Assembly (NCBI GenBank): GCA_021605075.1
Contig: BPLQ01015363.1
Location: 835,513 to 899,512 of the forward strand
DNA from: Caerostris darwini
Lineage: Eukaryota
Direction: 5' to 3'
Length of the DNA: 64,000 nt
Part shown: positions 62,270 to 64,000 of the stretch, piece after piece
Numbering within the stretch: the first letter of the stretch is position 1
Layout: the number at the start of each line of letters is the position of its first letter
Made by a program: the position numbers and the translations under genes
The notes under the pieces: generated by a model
Seen by the model: the letters and a program-made list of their open reading frames with translations, nothing else
Told to the model about the DNA's origin: nothing
The model's database searches: none

Positions 62270-62385
62270 ATCTACGCGTTTTAGCAGTGATTGGGAGTGA
62301 GGATCAAGGAGTCAGGTGTTAAGAAGTTTTGAAGGAGTCGGTTTAAAAATCCGACTCTAACCGTTTTTATAAAAATAATTTTTAT
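62270..62385 (-). repeat. Second, inverted copy of the small dispersed repeat seen at 6100..6240.
   Basis: See the entry for 6100..6240. The two sequences are reverse complements of each other. Confidence 0.6.
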
Positions 62386-63152
62386 TTCTCTAAAATTCTA
62401 GATATTATTATTAAAATTAAATGATAAGAAGACAATTCAATTGTGTCCTTCAATAATATTTTCTTTTGCTTACCTTCTATTCTATAATACTTTGGTACAT
62501 TAATAGTAAGTAATTTTTATAGTACATATATTTTTTTGTATACAAATTTTGAGTACAAGGTTGTATTTTAAGTTAGTGCTAATAATACAGCTTTAAAGTT
62601 ACAAAGAATACTTTGTTATGCAAAAACTATTTTTATAAATATATGAGTCCAATAAAAGTCACTGAATATATTTCATAAATTTTTCTAAATTCCTTAGTAG
62701 AGATTATAGTACATAAACTATGGTTTAGAGTTGAGAGTTGGTATAAAAAATTTTGCTTGGGAGTTAAAAGTTTTTGACAGACTTCTTACTCTTACTTTAT
62801 AATAATAATTTCAATAGAAATTCAATACATGTGATTAGTGTCTTGTAGGATATTTCTCACCTTATTAATATCCTATTAAGATGTGTAGTATCTCAAATTA
62901 AAGTGTTTGTCTTTGCTAGGCATTTTAATTATATATTATAACTTTTGATTTCATTTTCATTTTCTTAAAAAAATAAAAAATCTTATACATTTTCAGATAA
63001 GATGTATATTTTTAAGTATAATTTTTACATGAAAATCAAAGCTTAATTTGCAAGACATTTTTGTAACTGTGTGATGATTAATAAAAGATGTTATCTAATT
63101 ATTTTGCTCATATGTTTATAATATATAATTATAGATTCTTATCTTTTTGAAG

Positions 63153-63249
63153 GTTTTTAATGATTCAAGATTAAAGACTAGATCACTGCCATCTTCTTTA
63201 AAAAAAGTAATGATGAAATCATTTTCGAAATTTGATGCTTATCAATTAG
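63153..63249 (+). CDS. TEP1: TEP1-like TROVE exon. Phase 0 in, phase 1 out.
   Basis: Translation VFNDSRLKTRSLPSSLKKVMMKSFSKFDAYQL. Human TEP1 has ...LPACLRTAMTDKFAQFDEYQL. Acceptor ctttttgaag| and donor |GTAAAT. Confidence 0.8.
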
Positions 63250-63403
63250 GTAAATACTAATGTATTTTTCTTCAATTCACAGTAAATATTTTTCAGTGTT
63301 ACTGAATTTTAAGATATTTTTCAATCAGTGTATTTATTTTATTTTTTTCATAATAATTTTGAAGTTCCCATATAAAATTTATGTGAAATAAATGTTTTTA
63401 TAG

Positions 63404-63521
63404 CAAAATATAATCGGGAAAAAAAGGGTGCTAAGACTTCTGGTTTCACATTAAAACAACTTATTCGACTTTTACATTTGAATTCTCCAGCAAACGAAAT
63501 TATGGGTCTTCTTGGAAAAAA
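63404..63521 (+). CDS. TEP1: TEP1-like TROVE exon. Phase 1 in, phase 2 out. The gene continues beyond the window end.
   Basis: The splice junction gives ...FDAYQL|AKYNREKKGAKTSGFTLKQLIRLLHLNSPANEIMGLLGK. Human TEP1 has FDEYQLAKYNPRK...PPRFTLKKLVQRLHIHKPAQHVQALLGY. Acceptor tttttatag| and donor |GTAAGT. Confidence 0.8.
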
Positions 63522-64000
63522 GTAAGTGTATTTTATTTTTTTAATCATAATGCACATATTCCTTTTCTTTTTTTTTTTTTTTTTTCAATATTAAGTTCAA
63601 AATAGGAGTCTTAAATTTAGCTTTTATATAAGAAAAAAGTATAACTTGCTGACTTTATAAATAAAGAGAAGGCCATTGTGCAAAGGTACTTTTTTAAATA
63701 AAACAATTTTTTTTTCAAAAGTATGCATAATATGAAAGTATCCAATTTAAATCATAAATAGACCAAATTTTGGTAAGCAATGCATTTATTTTAATATATT
63801 CTTGAAAATGAATCAGCTTTTTTATCTTAGCATCCATTTAAAAAAATTGTTTCTGTGGAGCTGGAATATTGATTTGCATTTTAAAGTTATTTAATCAAAT
63901 AGTTAAATTCACATTGTCAATTATTTTTTTCAAATATTCGTTCATATGATACTTTTTAATAAAAAATATAGTTCATTGAATTTAATATAATGTACTGTAT

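Noticed and set aside
1-64000. A prokaryotic system such as a CRISPR array, defence island or operon.
   Set aside because: The window is plainly eukaryotic. It has spliced genes with GT-AG introns, Tc1/mariner and LINE/SINE elements, and 70% AT composition. There are no spacer-repeat arrays and no operon-like gene packing. The only protein similarities are to metazoan agrin and TEP1 and to transposases.

Overview
The window is eukaryotic nuclear DNA, about 70% AT, with spliceosomal introns, GT-AG splice sites, polypyrimidine tracts and a dense load of Tc1/mariner, LINE and SINE sequences. It is most consistent with an arthropod-like invertebrate genome, not a prokaryote. I found no CRISPR array, operon or prokaryotic defence system. 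Two host genes lie head-to-head.

On the minus strand at the left edge is the 5' end of an agrin homologue. Its first coding exon carries a signal peptide and an NtA domain (6848..6431). A follistatin/Kazal exon follows at 649..450. The rest of the gene runs off the window start.

On the plus strand from about 22.7 kb to the window end is the 5' part of a TEP1 (telomerase-associated / vault protein 1, TROVE-domain) homologue. I mapped 14 phase-consistent exons. The last four match the start of the human TEP1 TROVE region closely, with motifs EPEFILK, RLPSDFIEVAELY and FDAYQLAKYN.

The roughly 16 kb between the two genes, and the TEP1 introns, are packed with transposable elements.
- A near-intact cecropia-like mariner sits at 54986..56270 with TA target-site duplications and a single frameshift.
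- There are several decayed mariner and Tc1 copies, a deletion derivative with about 150 bp inverted arms, and a Tc1-type MITE.
- Nested 5'-truncated LINE 3' ends lie in both orientations.
- Three copies of a tRNA-derived SINE are present.
- A full-length 5S rRNA sequence is fused head-to-tail to one SINE copy, and the pair is flanked by direct repeats. This looks like a chimeric retroposition product.

Coordinates are from hand counting and may be off by a few bases.
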